Assembly: GCA_965215015.1 (NCBI GenBank)
Contig: OZ244042.1
Span: forward strand, 5,788,581-5,852,580
Length of the DNA stretch: 64,000 bases
Reading direction: 5' to 3'
DNA from: Candidatus Poribacteria bacterium
Lineage (GTDB): Bacteria > Poribacteria > WGA-4E > PCPOR2b
Shown here: positions 48,520 to 60,040 of the stretch, one piece after another
Numbering within the stretch: the first letter of the stretch is position 1
Layout of the letters: every line of letters starts with the position of its first letter
The notes under the pieces: model-generated
What the model was told of the DNA's origin: nothing
Database searches by the model: none
The model's input: only the letters and a program-made list of their open reading frames with translations
Made by a program: the position numbers and the translations under genes

Positions 48520-48870
48520 CTAGTCACGTTCGACAACCTCGCCACATTTCTTGCAGACGCGCACGCGGTATGTTTTTGTCCGTCCTGCAATTTCCTTCTC
48601 AAAAGTGCGCCGCGTTGTTCGAGTGGGTGTGTTACATTTTGGACAAATCAGCTTTAAGTTGGCGATGTCAATTGTTCCTTCTTTTTCGATAATACCACCC
48701 TGTGGTGCTTGAGGGCTCGGACGGGTGTGCCTTTTAATTAGGTGAATGCCTTCAACGGTAGCACGACGTTTATGCGGAAGCATTTCTAGAATAACACCTG
48801 TTTTGTTCTTATCCTTGCCACTCAATACTAACACATGGTCGTTTTTCTTTACATGGAATTTGGTCTGCAA
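48520..48870 (-). CDS. rplX: 50S ribosomal protein L24 (with four-Cys C-terminal ribbon)
   Basis: KKNDHVLVLSGKDKNKTGVILEM (KOW motif). The C-terminus has CPKC...CKKC. Confidence 0.9.
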   Translation of the reverse strand: MQTKFHVKKNDHVLVLSGKDKNKTGVILEMLPHKRRATVEGIHLIKRHTRPSPQAPQGGIIEKEGTIDIANLKLICPKCNTPTRTTRRTFEKEIAGRTKTYRVRVCKKCGEVVERD

Positions 48871-48891
48871 CGATGCTACCTCCTAGGAGAA

Positions 48892-49260
48892 TTAAATAAC
48901 CTCTGGTGCTAAAGAGACGATTCGTGCAAATGCTTTCTCTCTGAGTTCACGAGCAACGGGACCAAAAATGCGTGTTCCACGCGGCTGGTCTTGAGCATCA
49001 ATGAGAACAGCTGCATTCTTGTCAAATTTGATGTAAGAACCGTCGAGTCTGCGATGTTCCTTGGTTGCACGGACCACCACAGCTCGTACGACATCCCCTT
49101 TTCTAACTTGGCTATTTGGATTTGCTTCTTTCACACTTGCTACAATTACATCGCCGACTCGCGCGTAACGCCTTTTACTACCGCCGAGCACACGAATACA
49201 CATGAGCTGCTTTGCTCCTGTATTATCCGCACAATTCAACAAAGTGTATGCTTGAACCAT
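48892..49260 (-). CDS. rplN: 50S ribosomal protein L14
   Basis: [27 protein letters not shown]. The start is set at the internal ATG (49260). Confidence 0.95.
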   Translation of the reverse strand: MVQAYTLLNCADNTGAKQLMCIRVLGGSKRRYARVGDVIVASVKEANPNSQVRKGDVVRAVVVRATKEHRRLDGSYIKFDKNAAVLIDAQDQPRGTRIFGPVARELREKAFARIVSLAPEVI

Positions 49261-49304
49261 TGCTATTACCTTCCTTGGTTTACCCCCGTCCTCCACTTCA
49301 CGCA

Positions 49305-49568
49305 TTAACTAGTTCTGTCAACAACCTGACGAACTTTCCAACGTTTACGACGACTAAGTGGGCGAACTTCGACGATTTGGACAAGGTCGCCAACATGGCA
49401 CATATTCTGCTCGTCGTGAGCTAGAATCTTTGTGGTACTTCTCACAATTTTCTTATAAAGGGGATGCTGATAAGCACGAACAATTTCAACAGCAACCGTC
49501 TTATCCATCTGATCACTTGTAACAGTACCCGTCCTGAGCTTACGATTCCCTCGCCTCTGCTTATCCAC
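49305..49568 (-). CDS. rpsQ: 30S ribosomal protein S17
   Basis: [23 protein letters not shown]...[21 protein letters not shown] start after GAGAGG. Confidence 0.9.
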   Translation of the reverse strand: MDKQRRGNRKLRTGTVTSDQMDKTVAVEIVRAYQHPLYKKIVRSTTKILAHDEQNMCHVGDLVQIVEVRPLSRRKRWKVRQVVDRTS

Positions 49569-49590
49569 GCTTTTCCTCTCGTAACTAAAG

Positions 49591-49797
49591 TTATGGTGAT
49601 TCTTCGATCCCCAGTTCACGTAGACGAAGGATTGTATGAATACGTGCAATATCCTTCTTGACTTTTTTTAACTGAGATGTATCTTCAAGTTGTCCTAGTA
49701 TGCTTCGGAACTTAACGTTAAACGCAGTATCCTTAAAATCTCGAAGGTCGTTTTCTAGTTCCTCAGATGATTTGCTGCGCAACTCATTAGCAGTCAT
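49591..49797 (-). CDS. rpmC: 50S ribosomal protein L29
   Basis: [31 protein letters not shown]. It starts just after the rplP stop. Confidence 0.9.
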   Translation of the reverse strand: MTANELRSKSSEELENDLRDFKDTAFNVKFRSILGQLEDTSQLKKVKKDIARIHTILRLRELGIEESP

Positions 49798-49804
49798 TGC
49801 TTGA

Positions 49805-50218
49805 TTATTCTCCCATTCGACTGATAAACTTGGTTTCAATCGGCAATTTGTGGGCTGCTCTGCTCATCGCTTCCTTTGCCTCTTCTTCTGGAACCCCACT
49901 CAACTCATATAAAATGCGTCCCGGTTTAACAACAGCAACCCAAAACTCTGGGGCTCCTTTCCCACTTCCCATTCTGGTTTCAGCGGGTTTCTTTGTTACC
50001 GGCTTATGTGGAAAGATTTTAATCCAAACCTTGCCGCCCCGGCGGACATGACGTGTGATTGCGACTCGTGCTGATTCAATTTGGCGGCTCGTCAGCCAGC
50101 CCGGCTCCATTGCTTTCAAACCATATTCGCCAAAATCTATTCGTGAACCTCGATAAGGTTTGCCACGACGCTTACCGCGCTGTACTTTACGGTGTAGGAC
50201 CCGTTTGGGCATCAACAT
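49805..50218 (-). CDS. rplP: 50S ribosomal protein L16
   Basis: [20 protein letters not shown]...[21 protein letters not shown]. Confidence 0.95.
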   Translation of the reverse strand: MLMPKRVLHRKVQRGKRRGKPYRGSRIDFGEYGLKAMEPGWLTSRQIESARVAITRHVRRGGKVWIKIFPHKPVTKKPAETRMGSGKGAPEFWVAVVKPGRILYELSGVPEEEAKEAMSRAAHKLPIETKFISRMGE

Positions 50219-50359
50219 TTTATCTGCTCCTTATTATCAAAACCTTTCTACGCACCGATTCGAGGAACCGAGCCTAAATCTCCAATCAACCGCAGAGATT
50301 TTTTATATTTTTTGTCTGTAACCTCTGCGTTTCTGTGGTGAGTTTTCAAAAGGAAACAC

Positions 50360-51229
50360 TTACGATTCTGTACGCTCACGGTTGCTTCTGCGCGATCCGC
50401 GTCGCCTGTCCTGACCTCTTCTTCGTCTGGGTCTGCTGTCAGGGCGCGATGCTGAGCGTTCTCCCGACTGACCATCTAGGCGTCCGGAGCCTGAAAGCCG
50501 GGACGGACGTCTTCGAGAGGATTCAGTTGGCACCTGCATAGCACGGCTGGAAGGGGGAGCCGTCCCTGGAAGCTCCGGTCTGCCAATAATCTCTCCCTTA
50601 AAAATCCACGTTTTAATGCCAATCTTACCGTAGGTTGTATCAGCTTCAGCAAAGCCATAATCGATATTTGCTCTGAGCGTATGCAGCGGCACTCTACCTT
50701 CGATATTTGATTCTGATCGAGCCATGTCGGCACCTCCAAGCCGACCACCGATGCTGATTTTAACTCCCTGGGCACCGGCTTTCATTGAAGCGATAATACT
50801 TTTCTTCATCGCCTGCCTAAAATTGGATCGACGTACGATTTGCAGTGCAACCGCTTCGGCGACAAGTTGAGCATCTAATTCAGGACGCTTGATTTCATCG
50901 ACACTAATCCGAACCGTCCTTTCAGTGCTCGAGCTTGAATCTGTCTGTAGGATACGCTCTAAATCCGCTTGTAACTTTTCCGCTTCAACGCCACGCCGGC
51001 CGATGACGATACCGGGACGCGCTGTGTGTATATGAATATTACACCTATCCCCAACCCTTTCGATTTCGATACGGGAAATGCCGGCACGCGACAATCTTTC
51101 CTTAATGAAGGACTGGATTTTCAAATCCTCATGAAGCCATTGGGCGTACTCTTTTTCGTTATACCATTTTGAGTCCCAATTCTCAATAATTCCTAGGCGT
51201 AGTCCACGCGGATGCGTTTTTTGTCCCAC
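50360..51229 (-). CDS. rpsC: 30S ribosomal protein S3 with an Arg/Ser-rich C-terminal extension of about 70 aa
   Basis: (V)[22 protein letters not shown] is the canonical start, using GTG 51229 after GAGGAGGAGG. The tail reads ...[53 protein letters not shown]. Confidence 0.9.
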   Translation of the reverse strand: MGQKTHPRGLRLGIIENWDSKWYNEKEYAQWLHEDLKIQSFIKERLSRAGISRIEIERVGDRCNIHIHTARPGIVIGRRGVEAEKLQADLERILQTDSSSSTERTVRISVDEIKRPELDAQLVAEAVALQIVRRSNFRQAMKKSIIASMKAGAQGVKISIGGRLGGADMARSESNIEGRVPLHTLRANIDYGFAEADTTYGKIGIKTWIFKGEIIGRPELPGTAPPSSRAMQVPTESSRRRPSRLSGSGRLDGQSGERSASRPDSRPRRRRGQDRRRGSRRSNRERTES

Positions 51230-51324
51230 TAAAACCTCCTCCTCAAAATTCAGTTGGGCAAAGGTTGCCGAGCGAGGGAGGTAAAGGAGCATATATCAGT
51301 TTGTTCAGAAGACTGGTCGGATTT

Positions 51325-51690
51325 TCAATCTCCATTTTCACTTTCCTCCTCATCTAGCACGACTGTAATATGACACCTACGATGTAAGATCCGGTTTGCC
51401 ATACCTCGTGCCCGTGGGCGAAACCATCTTCGGGTAATGCCATCGTTGACGACAATCTGTTTGACAACTAAATTGCTTTCATCAAGGGTGGCACCCTGCT
51501 GTTGTGCATTATATCGTGCATTCGCTGTAGCCGATTGAATCAATTTGCGAATTACCGGAGAGGCATTTTTGTGTGTAAATGTTAATTGGTTTATTGCCTC
51601 CTCGACATATTGATCTTTAACTAAATCGGCAACCAGACGCGCTTTGCGCGGGGCAATTGGCACGTTTCGGATACTTGCTCGAGCCTCCAT
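51325..51690 (-). CDS. rplV: 50S ribosomal protein L22
   Basis: MEARASIRNVPIAPRKARLVADLV is canonical. Confidence 0.95.
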   Translation of the reverse strand: MEARASIRNVPIAPRKARLVADLVKDQYVEEAINQLTFTHKNASPVIRKLIQSATANARYNAQQQGATLDESNLVVKQIVVNDGITRRWFRPRARGMANRILHRRCHITVVLDEEESENGD

Positions 51691-51784
51691 ATTAATAATC
51701 TCCTAAATTAGCTTGAGCATTTATAATAACTTCCGCTCATGATCTCGATTTTTCAAAAAGGGTTGTACAAGAATCGAGTATATT

Positions 51785-52051
51785 TTACCTTCCACTACTC
51801 GCATGCGATCTGAATGTTCGAGTGGGAGAAAATTCACCGAGTTTATGTCCCACCATGTTTTCTGTAATATAAACAGGGAAAAATTTCTTGCCATTATGAA
51901 TGGCGAGCGTGTGACCAATCAGGTCGGGTGTCACCATAGATCTGCGTGACCATGTGCGAATCACACGTTTTGTCCCAGACCGATTCATCACTTCGATTTT
52001 TTTGAGAAGTTTTGGATCTATGTAAGGCCCTTTTTTCACAGAACGGGGCAT
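51785..52051 (-). CDS. rpsS: 30S ribosomal protein S19
   Basis: [19 protein letters not shown]...[23 protein letters not shown]. Confidence 0.95.
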   Translation of the reverse strand: MPRSVKKGPYIDPKLLKKIEVMNRSGTKRVIRTWSRRSMVTPDLIGHTLAIHNGKKFFPVYITENMVGHKLGEFSPTRTFRSHASSGR

Positions 52052-52109
52052 GACGCACCTCCTGAAAATGGTAAAAAAACACGAATAACTCTCTGTTAGT
52101 CGAGACAGC

Positions 52110-52934
52110 TTATTTCCGACGACTGACAATGTATCTGCCAGATCGCTTTTTAGGATTTCTTGTTTTATATCCTTTAGTTGGAACTCCCCAAGGCGTTACG
52201 GGGTGTCTGCCGCCGGCACTTTTCCCTTCGCCCCCCCCATGCGGATGATCATGTGGATTCATTGCCACACCACGAACTTTGGGACGATGCCCTTTCCATC
52301 GGTTCCGTCCCGCCTTCCCAATTGATAAGTTTGCATGGTCAACATTCCCTACTTGCCCAATTGTTGCCATACATTTCACTGGGAGTAAACGAACTTCGCC
52401 AGAAGGCATTTGGATCCGGGCATACTTTCCTTCGCGATCTACTAGCTGCGCTGCAACCCCGGCACTTCGTACCAGCTGTCCCCCTTTACCCGGCTGCATC
52501 TCTATGTTATGTATCGAGGTGCCGAGGGGAATCTGTTCAAGGGGCAAGGCATTGCCAACTTTGATAGGTGCATCTGGACCAGCATTGAGTACATCATCAA
52601 CCTGTAATCCTAGAGGTGCGATGATATAGCGTTTCTCTCCATCGGCATAATGGAGGAGGGCAATACGGGCGGATCTACTGGGGTCATACTCGATTGACGC
52701 GACCTTGGCAGGGATGCCAAATTTATCACGCTTAAATTCAATCGCTCGATATCGACGTTTATGCCCGCCGCCACGCCTGCGGACGGTCATACGTCCCAGC
52801 GTGTTACGCCCGCCCTTTTTCTTTAATCCCTTCGTTAACGATTTTTCGGATTGGCGCCGAGTCACTTCTTCAAAGGCATCCCCTGTTATAAATCGGCGAC
52901 TGGGTGTGACGGGTGAATATGTTTTAACTGCCAC
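52110..52934 (-). CDS. rplB: 50S ribosomal protein L2
   Basis: [19 protein letters not shown] and [18 protein letters not shown]. Confidence 0.95.
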   Translation of the reverse strand: MAVKTYSPVTPSRRFITGDAFEEVTRRQSEKSLTKGLKKKGGRNTLGRMTVRRRGGGHKRRYRAIEFKRDKFGIPAKVASIEYDPSRSARIALLHYADGEKRYIIAPLGLQVDDVLNAGPDAPIKVGNALPLEQIPLGTSIHNIEMQPGKGGQLVRSAGVAAQLVDREGKYARIQMPSGEVRLLPVKCMATIGQVGNVDHANLSIGKAGRNRWKGHRPKVRGVAMNPHDHPHGGGEGKSAGGRHPVTPWGVPTKGYKTRNPKKRSGRYIVSRRK

Positions 52935-52971
52935 GCTAAATCCCTCCTAGTAAACCTTCAAACACGCACCA

Positions 52972-53271
52972 CTAGATGCTTTCAAAAGCGTCAATGGTAG
53001 TTCCTTCAGTAACAGTAATGATTACCTTTTTCCAATTTGGTCGCCGCCCCAGTCGATACCGCCAAAATTGTCCCTTGGTCTTTCCGCGAACCTGCATGGT
53101 GTTAATCTTCAAAATCTTATCTTTGAGATCGAAGAGTTCTTCAGCTGCTTTACGGATTTCTGCTTTACTGGCTTTTATATCAACCACAAAGGCGTATTTG
53201 TTCGATTCCCTGAGAATTGTGGTCTTTTCTGTTATTAACGGCTGCTTGATAATCCGATATGGATCTTTCAT
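52972..53271 (-). CDS. rplW: 50S ribosomal protein L23
   Basis: IKQPLITEKTT...YAFVVDIKASKAEIRKAAEELF. Confidence 0.95.
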   Translation of the reverse strand: MKDPYRIIKQPLITEKTTILRESNKYAFVVDIKASKAEIRKAAEELFDLKDKILKINTMQVRGKTKGQFWRYRLGRRPNWKKVIITVTEGTTIDAFESI

Positions 53272-53281
53272 CTATCCTTCC

Positions 53282-53911
53282 TCAACTGAATTTTTCTTCT
53301 AGCTTTTCCGCTGCGCTTTCGGTGAAGACAATCTTATCATGCCAAAGCACATCGTAAACATTCAGGGTATCCCAAACACAACTATTGACGTTCGAGATAT
53401 TCCGCACAGATAGGTAGATGTTTGATTCTGGCTGACCGAGGACAAAAAGAACTTTATCCGCCAACCCTAAATTCCTCAAAACTTGAACCATGTCCTTCGT
53501 TTTGGGGGCATCTAGCGTAAAGTCTTCAATCAGGATGCAATCGTCATTTTGAAATTTATCTGCTAAAGCCGAATGTAACCCCAGCTGACGCACTTTCTTC
53601 GGGGTGCGTTGACGATAGCTGCGCGGCTTCGGCCCGAATGCAACGCCGCCATGCACCCGTATTGGGGATTGACCATCCCCCGCTCGGGCACGCCCGGTCC
53701 CTTTCTGGCGATATAGCTTTTTGCCACTTCCTCGGACTTCGGACCGTGTTTTGGTGGAAGCAGTGCCTCGACGTTGGTTCGCAAGGTGTGCAACGACACA
53801 TTGATGTATCACTGCCTCATTAACAGCTGCATTTATGAACGCGTCAGATAATTCTCTTTGTCTTTGGGTATCCCCAGAACGATTATATACATCTAAAGCT
53901 GCCATAAGCAA
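53282..53911 (-). CDS. rplD: 50S ribosomal protein L4
   Basis: [33 protein letters not shown]. Confidence 0.9.
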   Translation of the reverse strand: MLMAALDVYNRSGDTQRQRELSDAFINAAVNEAVIHQCVVAHLANQRRGTASTKTRSEVRGSGKKLYRQKGTGRARAGDGQSPIRVHGGVAFGPKPRSYRQRTPKKVRQLGLHSALADKFQNDDCILIEDFTLDAPKTKDMVQVLRNLGLADKVLFVLGQPESNIYLSVRNISNVNSCVWDTLNVYDVLWHDKIVFTESAAEKLEEKFS

Positions 53912-53930
53912 TAATCCTCAAAAGGTATAT

Positions 53931-54569
53931 TTACTGTTTACCCTTTACTGCTTTCTTGATAATAAGTAGTCCATTAGGGGGACCAGGAACAGCACCTTTA
54001 ACGAGTAACAGGTTCCTGGCGGCATCGGCTTGGATAACTTGCAGATTCTGGGTGGTCACCTGTTTACCGCCATGTCGTCCGGGCATCTTTTTGCCCTTGA
54101 AAACACGTGCGGGCCAAGCACTGTGACCGATAGATCCTGCTCGTCGATGGTTTTTCTCACTACCGTGGGTCTGCCTCATACCCGCAAACCCCCATCGTTT
54201 AACCACACCCGTGAATCCACGCCCTTTCGAGGTACCCGTTACATCAACGAAATCCCCGGGCGAGAAAATAGTTACCTCAACGTTTGAACCTACGTCCAAA
54301 CCTTCTGTGCTGTCAACACGCATTTCTCGCAAAAACCGATGTGGTTCGACATTTGCTTTTTGGAAATGTCCCTTCTCGGGGCGATTGACCTTATTTGCAC
54401 GCCGAAAGCCAAAGCCTAATTGGATAGCGTTATAACCCTCACGGTCTTGAGTTTTGACCTGTACTATCGGGCAGGGGCCCGCTTCGACCACCGTGACCGG
54501 AATCGCAGCCCCGGATTCGTCAAAGATTTGTGTCATGCCAATCTTCTTTCCTAATATTCCATTACTCAT
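53931..54569 (-). CDS. rplC: 50S ribosomal protein L3
   Basis: [20 protein letters not shown]...[16 protein letters not shown]. Confidence 0.95.
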   Translation of the reverse strand: MSNGILGKKIGMTQIFDESGAAIPVTVVEAGPCPIVQVKTQDREGYNAIQLGFGFRRANKVNRPEKGHFQKANVEPHRFLREMRVDSTEGLDVGSNVEVTIFSPGDFVDVTGTSKGRGFTGVVKRWGFAGMRQTHGSEKNHRRAGSIGHSAWPARVFKGKKMPGRHGGKQVTTQNLQVIQADAARNLLLVKGAVPGPPNGLLIIKKAVKGKQ

Positions 54570-54613
54570 GTCACATCTCCGCAATGAGGGTATTCTGATT
54601 AAACGATGTGTAT

Positions 54614-54925
54614 CTACAGAAGCGTAATCTTGACATCAACGCCAGCTGGTAGATCTAAGCGCATTAGCGCATTAACTGTCTTGGGGGTCGTTTGTAAAAT
54701 GTCCAATAACCGTTTGTGGATTCGCATGGCGAACTGTTCACGGGATTTTTTGTCTTTGAAGGTCGATCGCTGTACAGTGTAAATATGCTGCTTAATCGGA
54801 AGCGGAATCGGACCTGAGACTAATGCGCCTGTTCGCTTAGCGGTTTCTGCAATTTGGCCTGCAGAATGATCTAACAAACGATAATCAAATGATTTCAAAC
54901 GAATCCTTATTTTCTGATTATCCAT
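54614..54925 (-). CDS. rpsJ: 30S ribosomal protein S10
   Basis: [19 protein letters not shown] is the canonical start. The ORF-track start at 54955 runs into the palindrome. Confidence 0.95.
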   Translation of the reverse strand: MDNQKIRIRLKSFDYRLLDHSAGQIAETAKRTGALVSGPIPLPIKQHIYTVQRSTFKDKKSREQFAMRIHKRLLDILQTTPKTVNALMRLDLPAGVDVKITLL

Positions 54926-54945
54926 CAGTACTCCAGCTAAATTTG

Positions 54946-54991
54946 GTTCATTCACTCATTGGTGCATTAATGCACCAATGAGTGAATGAAC
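54946..54991 (-). promoter_or_regulatory. 46-nt perfect palindrome (23-bp stem) in the tuf-rpsJ spacer
   Basis: GTTCATTCACTCATTGGTGCATT|AATGCACCAATGAGTGAATGAAC begins 4 nt after the tuf stop codon. There is no U tract. Confidence 0.7.
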
Positions 54992-54995
54992 GAAA

Positions 54996-56195
54996 CTACT
55001 CAATAACTTCTGAAACAACGCCAGCTCCAACGGTGTGCCCGCCTTCACGAATCGCAAACCTCAGCTCCTCTTCCAGAGCGATAGGCTTGGTGAGTTCAAC
55101 AGTAATTTGGACATTATCTCCGGGCATTACCATTTCAACACCTTCAGGAAGATGCATTATGCCAGTCACATCCGTTGTACGGAAGTAGAACTGCGGACGA
55201 TAGTTACTGAAAAATGGCGTCCAACGCCCACCTTCGTCTTTGTTCAGAATATAGATTTCAGCCGCAAATCTTGTGTGTGGGGTAATACTGCCCGGAGCGG
55301 CGAGAACTTGCCCACGCTCAACATCATCACGCTCAATACCGCGAAGCAGAACTCCGACATTATCACCCGCACGCCCTTCGTCAAGCAGCTTACGGAACAT
55401 CTCTACACCGGTTGCAACCGTGCTGGAGGTGGGGGCCAGTCCAACAATCTCGACGGTGTCGCCGACGTGAACAATGCCGCGTTCGATACGGCCAGTCACA
55501 ACTGTACCCCGCCCAGTGATTGAGAAGATATCTTCCACAGGCATTAGGTAGGGGCGATCAATGTCTCGGACCGGCTCCGGAATCCAATTGTCACATGCCT
55601 CCATGAGCTCTAAAATTGACTCACACTCCTCAGCATTCGGATTGCCGCCACTTTCCATCGCTTGGAGGGCAGACCCACTAATAACTGGAATGTCATCACC
55701 GGGGAACTCGTATTCAGTGAGTAGCTCTCGAACTTCGAGTTCTACCAATTCTAGGAGCTCCTCATCGTCAACCATGTCTGCCTTATTCAGGTAGACAACG
55801 AGGCTTGGCACGTTCACCTGCCGTGCCAAGAGAACGTGTTCACGAGTTTGGGGCATGGGACCGTCAGCGGCAGAGACAACAAGAATTGCGCCATCCATCT
55901 GCGCTGCACCGGTAATCATATTTTTGATGTAGTCAGCGTGTCCGGGACAGTCTACGTGAGCGTAGTGTCGATTCTCCGTCTCATACTCAACGTGCGCGGT
56001 GTTTATGGTAATCCCACGCTCTTTTTCCTCAGGAGCTGCATCAATCTCTTCATAAGTTTTTACGTACTCGCTCCCAGAGAGATTTGACAACACCATGGTA
56101 ATTGCAGCCGTTAATGTGGTTTTACCATGATCTACGTGTCCAATTGTGCCAACATTGATGTGCGGCTTAGTCCTTTCAAATTTTTCCTTTGCCAT
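54996..56195 (-). CDS. tuf: elongation factor Tu
   Basis: [36 protein letters not shown], and NKAD motifs. 399 aa. Confidence 0.98.
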   Translation of the reverse strand: MAKEKFERTKPHINVGTIGHVDHGKTTLTAAITMVLSNLSGSEYVKTYEEIDAAPEEKERGITINTAHVEYETENRHYAHVDCPGHADYIKNMITGAAQMDGAILVVSAADGPMPQTREHVLLARQVNVPSLVVYLNKADMVDDEELLELVELEVRELLTEYEFPGDDIPVISGSALQAMESGGNPNAEECESILELMEACDNWIPEPVRDIDRPYLMPVEDIFSITGRGTVVTGRIERGIVHVGDTVEIVGLAPTSSTVATGVEMFRKLLDEGRAGDNVGVLLRGIERDDVERGQVLAAPGSITPHTRFAAEIYILNKDEGGRWTPFFSNYRPQFYFRTTDVTGIMHLPEGVEMVMPGDNVQITVELTKPIALEEELRFAIREGGHTVGAGVVSEVIE

Positions 56196-56285
56196 GTGTA
56201 AATCTCCTCACATTCTATTAAACTTAAGTAACCCCAAACCTCACTGATGAACGTTACCAACAAGCCATATCAACAGCGGGAACGG

Positions 56286-58379
56286 TTAAACAGAAAATCC
56301 TTTCGACGAGATAATTTCTTGAGCAATGCTCTGGGGAACATAACTATAATGTGCAAATTCCATCGAATAAGTTGCCCGTCCTTGCGTCAGGGAACGGAGC
56401 ATTTTAACATAACCGAACATTTCAGCAAGTGGAACATAGGCTTTAATGACCTGTATTCCGGACTTGGGGTGCATATCTGTCTGGAGAATTTGTGCACGCC
56501 GCGCATTTAAATCCCCCATTACCTTTCCCAAATAGTCATCCGGAACAATAACTTCAATCTCCATGATTGGTTCAAGCAGTATCGGATCTGCGCGTTTCAC
56601 CGCGTCTTTGAAGGCAATCCGAGCAGCGTTTGAAAATGCGATTTCTGAAGAATCAACGGGATGGTAAGAACCATCATACAATCGCACACCGACATCAACT
56701 AGTGGATAACCGCCTAAAATCCCGGCAGTTATTCCCTCTTCAAGTCCCTTACGAACAGCGGGGATATATTCTTGGGGAATGGTGCCTCCCTTTATTTCAT
56801 TAACAAATTCAAAACCGGCTCCCTGTTCGAGTGGGTAAATTTCAATAACCACATGTCCGAATTGACCACGCCCACCGGATTGCCGCACAAAACGCTCGTT
56901 GGCGTCTGCGGAACGCTGGATAGTCTCACGATAAGCAACTTGAGGTTGACCAATCTCTGCCGAAACCTTAAATTCCCGAACCAAGCGATCTACGATTATC
57001 TCTAAATGTAATTCCCCCATGCCGGACAGGACTGTTTGTCCTGTTTCTGGATCTTGATGAACCTTAAAAGTTGGGTCTTCTTCAGCCAACTTTGATAGTG
57101 CTATGTTCATCTTCTCAATGTCCGACTTTGTTTGAGGTTCAATAGCAATGGACATCACAGGAGATGGAAAGGCCATTGATTCCAATACAATCGGGGCATT
57201 TGGATCGCAAACGGTGTCGCCGGTCATCGCGGATTTGAAGCCAATGATGGCGGCGATATCACCCGCATAGATGGCTTGACGCTCCTCACGCTTGTTGGCG
57301 TGTAGCTGCATCAGCCTCCCGATCCTTTCAAACTTTCGGCGCGTACTATTGTATACAGTCATTCCTTTAGCCAAAACCCCGGAGTAAACGCGGAGGAATG
57401 TCAGCTTGCCAACATGTGGATCGGTTGTAATTTTGAAGGCTAGTGCAGAAAAAGGCTCGTCGTCATTTGCTAAACGTGTCCCTTCCTCTTCAGCTTCTGG
57501 ATTCAAGCCAGTTACCGGTGGTACATCTATTGGAGAGGGTAGGTAATCAACCACTGCATCTAGTAACGGTTGGACGCCTTTATTCTTAAGGGCTGTGCCG
57601 CACAGGACAGGAACCATTTTTCCGCTTAACGTCGCGCTCCTTAAACCCGCTTTGATTTCTTCCTCGGACAACTCAACCCCATCAATATATTTTACCAAGA
57701 GGTCATCATCACACTCGGCAATTGCTTCCAACATTTGCTCCCGATATTCCAGAACACTCTCCATCATTTCATCTGGGATATCTGTATCGAACATAATCGA
57801 TCCGAAACTCGCTTCGTCCCATGTCAGTCCTTTCAGAGAAATCAAATCAACAATTCCACTAAATCTCTCGGAGGAGCCAATCGGCAGTTGAATTGGCACC
57901 GCTGAAGTCCCAAGCCGCTCAACCATCATTTCGACCGTTCGAAAGAAGTCCGCACCGGTTCGATCCATTTTATTAATAAGCGCGATACGTGGCACCTGAT
58001 ATTTATCTGCTTGTCTCCAAACCGTTTCCGACTGGGGTTCCACGCCGCCAACTGCACAGAAAACAGCAACGGCTCCATCAAGGATTCGCAGCGATCTTTC
58101 GACTTCAACCGTAAAATCAATATGTCCCGGAGTATCGATAATGTTGATACCATATCCATTCCATTGGCACGTTGTTGCGGCAGCGGTAATAGTAATCCCT
58201 CGTTCCTGTTCCTGTGCCATCCAATCCATTGTCGTGGTGCCATCGTCAACCTCTCCCATACGATGCACTTTGCCTGTGTAGTACAACATGCGTTCCGTTA
58301 CAGTTGTCTTGCCCGCATCAATATGCGCCATGATGCCGATGTTTCGTGTATGGGTCAATGGAAATCGACGTTGCTCCAT
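56286..58379 (-). CDS. fusA: elongation factor G
   Basis: [24 protein letters not shown], and NKMD. The start is ambiguous (in-frame ATGs at 58379, 58403 and 58442, none with a clear RBS). I chose 58379 by typical N-terminal length. Confidence 0.93.
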   Translation of the reverse strand: MEQRRFPLTHTRNIGIMAHIDAGKTTVTERMLYYTGKVHRMGEVDDGTTTMDWMAQEQERGITITAAATTCQWNGYGINIIDTPGHIDFTVEVERSLRILDGAVAVFCAVGGVEPQSETVWRQADKYQVPRIALINKMDRTGADFFRTVEMMVERLGTSAVPIQLPIGSSERFSGIVDLISLKGLTWDEASFGSIMFDTDIPDEMMESVLEYREQMLEAIAECDDDLLVKYIDGVELSEEEIKAGLRSATLSGKMVPVLCGTALKNKGVQPLLDAVVDYLPSPIDVPPVTGLNPEAEEEGTRLANDDEPFSALAFKITTDPHVGKLTFLRVYSGVLAKGMTVYNSTRRKFERIGRLMQLHANKREERQAIYAGDIAAIIGFKSAMTGDTVCDPNAPIVLESMAFPSPVMSIAIEPQTKSDIEKMNIALSKLAEEDPTFKVHQDPETGQTVLSGMGELHLEIIVDRLVREFKVSAEIGQPQVAYRETIQRSADANERFVRQSGGRGQFGHVVIEIYPLEQGAGFEFVNEIKGGTIPQEYIPAVRKGLEEGITAGILGGYPLVDVGVRLYDGSYHPVDSSEIAFSNAARIAFKDAVKRADPILLEPIMEIEVIVPDDYLGKVMGDLNARRAQILQTDMHPKSGIQVIKAYVPLAEMFGYVKMLRSLTQGRATYSMEFAHYSYVPQSIAQEIISSKGFSV

Positions 58380-58516
58380 GGAACGCCGATTTTCAGAGGT
58401 CATTTGATTTTGTTTTTTAAGTCTCATTTTTTCTAAAACCATTCATGATACGGTAAAAAGATAAAGGTTTATTTAAAAAGAAGGTGCAAAGATACCCGGA
58501 ACATCTATTTGAAACT

Positions 58517-58567
58517 GAGTTTTTGAGAAGAAACTCGGGGCTGTTGCGCGATTTCTTAACATGAGCC
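58517..58567 (-). repeat. R1 repeat leader copy in the rpsG-fusA spacer
   Basis: The reverse complement reads GGCTCATGTTAAGAAATCGCGCAACAGCCCCGAGTTTCTTCTCAAAAACTC. The first 20 nt are identical to 7356-7375. Confidence 0.65.
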
Positions 58568-58615
58568 AAAATAAAAAATTACCGCCCGATAGATTGGGGC
58601 TTCACTGAGCTCAGC

Positions 58616-59086
58616 TTACCAGCGATAGTGTGCAAATGCTCGATTCGCCTCCGCCATGCGATGTTGATCAAGTTTTCTGCGAATTGAAGATCCGTCATTC
58701 CTAGCGGCATCTAATAGTTCGCCCGCCAGCCGCTCTGCCATCGTTTTCTCTCCACGATCTCTTGCAGATTGAATAATCCAACGGAGTGCCAATGTTGTGC
58801 GACGTTCCGCTTTAACATCTACTGGCACTTGGTAGGTTTGTCCCCCAACACGCCGAGACCGAATTTCAAGAACCGGCTTAACGTTGTTAATTGCTTCGTG
58901 GAAAACTGTAAGTCCATCCTGGTCGGTGCGTTTTTCAACAATGTCTATGCTATTGTATAGAATTGACCGAGCAACACTCTTCTTTCCACAAGCCATTAAG
59001 AAGTTTATAAATTTCGCCACCAGTTTACTGTTATATTTTGGGTCCGGGAGTACGTCTCGTTTAACAACCTCTGTACGACGTGGCAT
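58616..59086 (-). CDS. rpsG: 30S ribosomal protein S7
   Basis: [28 protein letters not shown] is canonical. Confidence 0.95.
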   Translation of the reverse strand: MPRRTEVVKRDVLPDPKYNSKLVAKFINFLMACGKKSVARSILYNSIDIVEKRTDQDGLTVFHEAINNVKPVLEIRSRRVGGQTYQVPVDVKAERRTTLALRWIIQSARDRGEKTMAERLAGELLDAARNDGSSIRRKLDQHRMAEANRAFAHYRW

Positions 59087-59097
59087 ACCTTCCTCCT

Positions 59098-59469
59098 CTA
59101 ACCAGCACTCTTTGCACCATATTTTGATCTTGCCTGCCGTCGATTCTCAACACCCGCTGTATCTAATGTGCCGCGGACTATGTGGTATCTGACATTGGGC
59201 AAATCCTTAACTCTGCCGCCGCGCACGAGTACAACCGAGTGTTCCAGAAGGTTATGATCTATGCCGGGGATATAGCAGGTGGCTTCTTGACCATTCGTAA
59301 AACGGACACGAGCGACCTTGCGAAGCGCCGAATTCGGCTTCGTGGGAGTTACGGTCCTGACTTGTAAACAGATGCCTCGCCGTTGGGGACAACTTTCCAG
59401 GACCGGAGATTTACTTTTCTTACGTGGTCTTTTACGAGATTTTCTGACTAATTGATTAATTGTTGGCAT
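59098..59469 (-). CDS. rpsL: 30S ribosomal protein S12
   Basis: [13 protein letters not shown]...[17 protein letters not shown]. Confidence 0.97.
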   Translation of the reverse strand: MPTINQLVRKSRKRPRKKSKSPVLESCPQRRGICLQVRTVTPTKPNSALRKVARVRFTNGQEATCYIPGIDHNLLEHSVVLVRGGRVKDLPNVRYHIVRGTLDTAGVENRRQARSKYGAKSAG

Positions 59470-59500
59470 ATCTACCTCGGCTGACTAGTAATGTGCAGAC

Positions 59501-59526
59501 AAAAATAAAGCCCCACTATGGGGGCT
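59501..59526 (-). terminator. terminator-like hairpin in the rpsL leader (AGCCCC-loop-GGGGCT plus TTTATTTTT)
   Basis: 6-bp GC stem with a 6-nt loop, followed on the minus strand by TTTATTTTT. It lies 32-57 nt upstream of the rpsL ATG and downstream of the consensus promoter. Confidence 0.4.
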
Positions 59527-59650
59527 CACAAAGTTGTCCGCTGTAACGAAGTAACTGTGAAAAAACACGCCAAAGTGTTTTGGAACTATAAATTCCTCCC
59601 CTTTTCCACCTAATTCAAGGCGAAAATCCAAAGTTAGCGTCAAAAGGCGA

Positions 59651-59679
59651 ATTATACCAAACTGATAAGCGAATGTCAA
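59651..59679 (-). promoter_or_regulatory. consensus sigma70 promoter (TTGACA-17-TATAAT) upstream of rpsL
   Basis: The minus strand reads cTTGACAttcgcttatcagtttggTATAATtcgcc. Both hexamers are perfect with a 17-nt spacer, about 180 nt upstream of the rpsL ATG. Confidence 0.6.
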
Positions 59680-60040
59680 GCCCTTTTCTGCGTTTTTATT
59701 GAATTTTTTCTAAAGTTTGGACAATTTATGGCAATGAGGACGGGTTGAGACTCCTTTTCGTGGGGCGAAACCGCACTCAGAAATCACTCCCACTTGACTG
59801 GATAGCATGTGGAGAGAAAAGGCTTGATCAAAATTGAACATGGCCATCCCATTGACTTAACCCCCGTCGTGGGGGCAAGTTTCCCAACCTGCCGGCGATC
59901 ACAGTTTGAAAACCTGTGTCTACGAGTGGATTTGCCTTGTCATGTGCCAAAGTCATAGGCATACGCCTTCTGCTCCCCGTTTACGGGGCCGGGGGTAACA
60001 GGGAGAAGCCCCCATATCCCCCCGCATGGGAAAAACAAAA

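Noticed and set aside
40593-59469. Numerous antisense or overlapping ORFs within the ribosomal cluster (for example 52178-52564, 55035-55523, 58011-58436, 50476-50775)
   Set aside because: They are shadow ORFs opposite, or out of frame with, unambiguous highly conserved genes.
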